Below the pieces are notes generated by a model. That model made no database searches. It was not told the DNA's origin and worked only from the letters and a program-made list of their open reading frames with translations. The position numbers were made by a program, and so were the translations under genes. From the NCBI RefSeq assembly GCF_963921235.1, contig NC_086097.1:84322001-84386000 (forward strand): a DNA stretch of 64,000 nucleotides. The letters run 5' to 3'. The DNA comes from Mobula hypostoma (taxonomy: Eukaryota). Shown here one piece after another: positions 61,281-64,000 of the stretch (within the stretch, counting starts at the first letter, position 1; every line of letters starts with the position of its first letter).

Positions 61281-64000
61281 AAATAGTGAGGACCAAGAAG
61301 GTATGGACAAGGGAAGCACAGGAGCAATTTATATGGTATCATTGAGTAAAAAATGAAACAAAATAGATTTGTAACATAAAATGTCTGCCCGGTTGTTTTG
61401 TAAAGAAGCCATTTTTACCAGTAGAAGGTATTGCTGTTCAAAGTGTCTTTGTCTTGTGCGTAAGATTGGTCACGCTCTTATCATGCAGATCAGTCGTACA
61501 GAAATGGGTAAATTGATACAGAGTGTCTGAAGTACAGTGAAAACCCAAGTGACTCACTTCTTACTCTACAAAAGTGCAGATTAAGAAGATTTGAAATTGT
61601 TGAATATCCTGAAAAAGGAAGCATTTTAAGCTGTGTCAGTTGGAGATGACAACTTTATTAAACGCAGACTAATGTTATATCCTTCATTGCTAGAATTGAT
61701 TGATAGTGATGCGACTCCTTTTAATAGAAAATATGCCCTAAGCTGTTTTTGATGCTGAAGTGTTTAAATATTTGGTGAGTTTTGAGAACTGCCTTGAAGT
61801 GGGGAAGAGATGATGGAGAAGAAAATTGATACATTGAATAATAATCTGGCTATCACTGAAATGATGTTGTAAGACTTACTTCTTTCCTGTTGTTAGCTGA
61901 AGGATGCCAACTGATGGAGTCTGCTTTTTATTTATATTTAAGATCAGTGTTGTCAGTTCTGTGGAAGAGTTGCTGATCCAAAACGTTGACTGGTTTCTCT
62001 TTCTGCAGATGCTGCTTGTTTGGCTGAATTTTTCCAGAATTCCTTTATTTTTGTTTTTATTAACGATTATTTTATTGTTCCTCCAAATCAGTAAGGTTTC
62101 TCAAATGAAGAGCAAAAATGTGTTCCTTGCAAGGCACTCTGCAAGTTTAACCCTTTACGCTGCATACCCACAATCCCACCTTTGGTCACCCACTGCCTCC
62201 TCCCCAGATGGAAAACAATGGTCTCTGTCAGCCATTTGGCTGATTCTTTGTATCCCCATCTCCGATGATCTTATAACTTTAAAATAAGTCGGAAGAAAGC
62301 TTTCTGATGCCTTTGCTGTTCTCCCAGGATTTCCAGCAGTGACCCAATTTCTGAAGGCTGCTGGACTGTTGGCAACGAAAGCCTTTGAGAAATCGAGCAC
62401 CCAATGCAAAGAATTGAATTTTGTTTAAACCTGTTCAGTAACTTCAGTGAATAAGCTTTCCTAATGACTAGATATTTTTCCTCAGAGCTAACAAGATTGC
62501 CTAATTCCTACTCTGATATCAAATATGTTCTCTCTTGTGCTATTCCATCAAGTTAAACATTTAATTAAAAGAACTTTCTTTGATCATATCATTCAGCACC
62601 AAGTGATTTTTGTTTCTACACCCCCCACCCCCCACCATTTGAAACTCAAATTAAAAAATATACTTGCTCAAGTGTTTGGCAAGACTAACTTCTGACCTTG
62701 TACTTTTATTGAAGATTACACTGCCTGTAACTCAGCAATTGGTATGTAACAGTAGGATTCAACAAGCTTCTCTTGTTAGGTGAACTGGGGATTTTAGAAC
62801 ACTGTTTTCATTGGTCATTAATTTAGAATTGTTACACTGTGAGATATAATTCAATCAATGCATAAAAGCTCACTATTGTTTGACATAATGGGAAATCAGC
62901 AGGATAGCATTGGCACATTTCAAGTCTGTCTCGTATAACCTTTCCTCTATGATGTCCTTGTATCTGATCTGAAAATAAATAATTGCTCATGATGCGCGTA
63001 CTGGGGGAATATCTTAATTTTCTGGATTTCTTTATTTACACATCTCCAAGCTCTTTAAAATCTTGCTCTGTTTAAATTCACTATTATCTCATTGTAGAAA
63101 TCTGTCTTGTTATAGGCACTAGACTATTGAACCATGCTTCTGAGATTGTCCTCACTGATGTTGATGGAACCAAATTCGGAAAGAGTTCAATGGGCATATA
63201 TTACTGTATCAAGTATGTATTACAAACCATGGAAGGTGAATTTCTGCACCATGTTTTCTAATGGATTTGGCACAGTTTGAAATGGAGTGCACCATGTGTT
63301 CTGTTCTGTTCTCTAGGATACCTGGTGTTGATGTGAATGGTGTGGAAGCTATAGAACTAAACACTTTGCTGTTCTTGACTTAAGAGATGCCAATGCCATT
63401 TAGTTTTTGGTAGTTCTAGCTTACATAGAGCGAGGCAGGTGGTTTGGTACATATTTTAATTACTGGTCCTTCTTGGGTTACAAACACCCTTTGCATAAGA
63501 ACGATTGTTTAGAAGACCGGCAGGATGGTGAGAACAGATTTGCTCCCTAATGTGCTGCTGGCATCTTCTGCTAGGTGGGAATATGGAGTTTTGTAATAAT
63601 CAGAGGCTAAGTTGAGCTGAGCACAGTCGTGTGCTTATTCAGAGTCACTGAGACTGGCTGGCACCCACTCTTCAAGCACCCACTTGTTCTCCAATCAGAG
63701 TTGTTTCTCTGATGCTGTCCCATGCACTCTTCTTGTTCATTTCTGACTAATGAACAGTTTAGGTGATGGTCAATTCTCAGGAATGGAACCCTGTCCTAAC
63801 CTGGAGACTGCCTGTTGAGAGTTCAATAGGATAAGCATCTATTTATTTCTGGGAAATGAAAATAAAAAAAAATGCAGATGCTAGATAATGGAAAATAAAA
63901 GCAAAAACGGCTGGAAATGTTCTGCTGCTCAGTCAGCATCTGTAGAGCTAATATTTCAGAATAGTCATTCATGTTCTGATAACACATGTATGGTCTGAAA

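Noticed and set aside
62328..62428. Strong acceptor (ctttgctgttctcccag) with phase-compatible frame GFPAVTQFLKAAGLL..NFV* as next or terminal SMOC1 exon
   Set aside because: No resemblance to the expected GCPEGKK.EFITSLLDAL exon, and the acceptor lies at the edge of an antisense CR1 remnant. The true next exon appears to be beyond the window.

Overview
Eukaryotic, repeat-rich intronic DNA from a vertebrate. A cartilaginous fish is my inference from the mix of CR1, Penelope, tRNA-SINE and Rex/Babar repeats and from the protein divergence. The window lies inside a + strand SMOC1 gene. Two exons are clear: 30958-31147 (second thyroglobulin type-1 domain, ..KPSCDQERQAALEE..QCHQSTGYCWCV..GTSTR) and 43214-43296 (YQTPNCDSNARSKLIEGDDPFKDKELQG). 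A weaker candidate upstream exon sits at 2561-2629. The rest is intron filled with decayed or nested mobile elements: CR1 LINEs (one ~3.7 kb with ORF1 esterase, APE and RT remnants), Rex/Babar-type LINEs, Penelope-like elements (PLEs), tRNA-SINEs, Tc1/mariner, pogo and Harbinger-like MITEs, and a Gypsy LTR+gag with a solo LTR. The most notable signal is that the abundant PLE terminal repeat carries a minimal type I hammerhead ribozyme motif (stem I-CTGANGA-stem II-GAAA(C/T)GTC-stem I). Several copies keep an intact core, two of them in the SMOC1 sense orientation. Several insertions show the inverted pLTR-plus-tail geometry with 12-14 bp target duplications. Most ORFs in the supplied track are TE fragments or noise. 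Boundaries of old repeats are approximate, read by eye.
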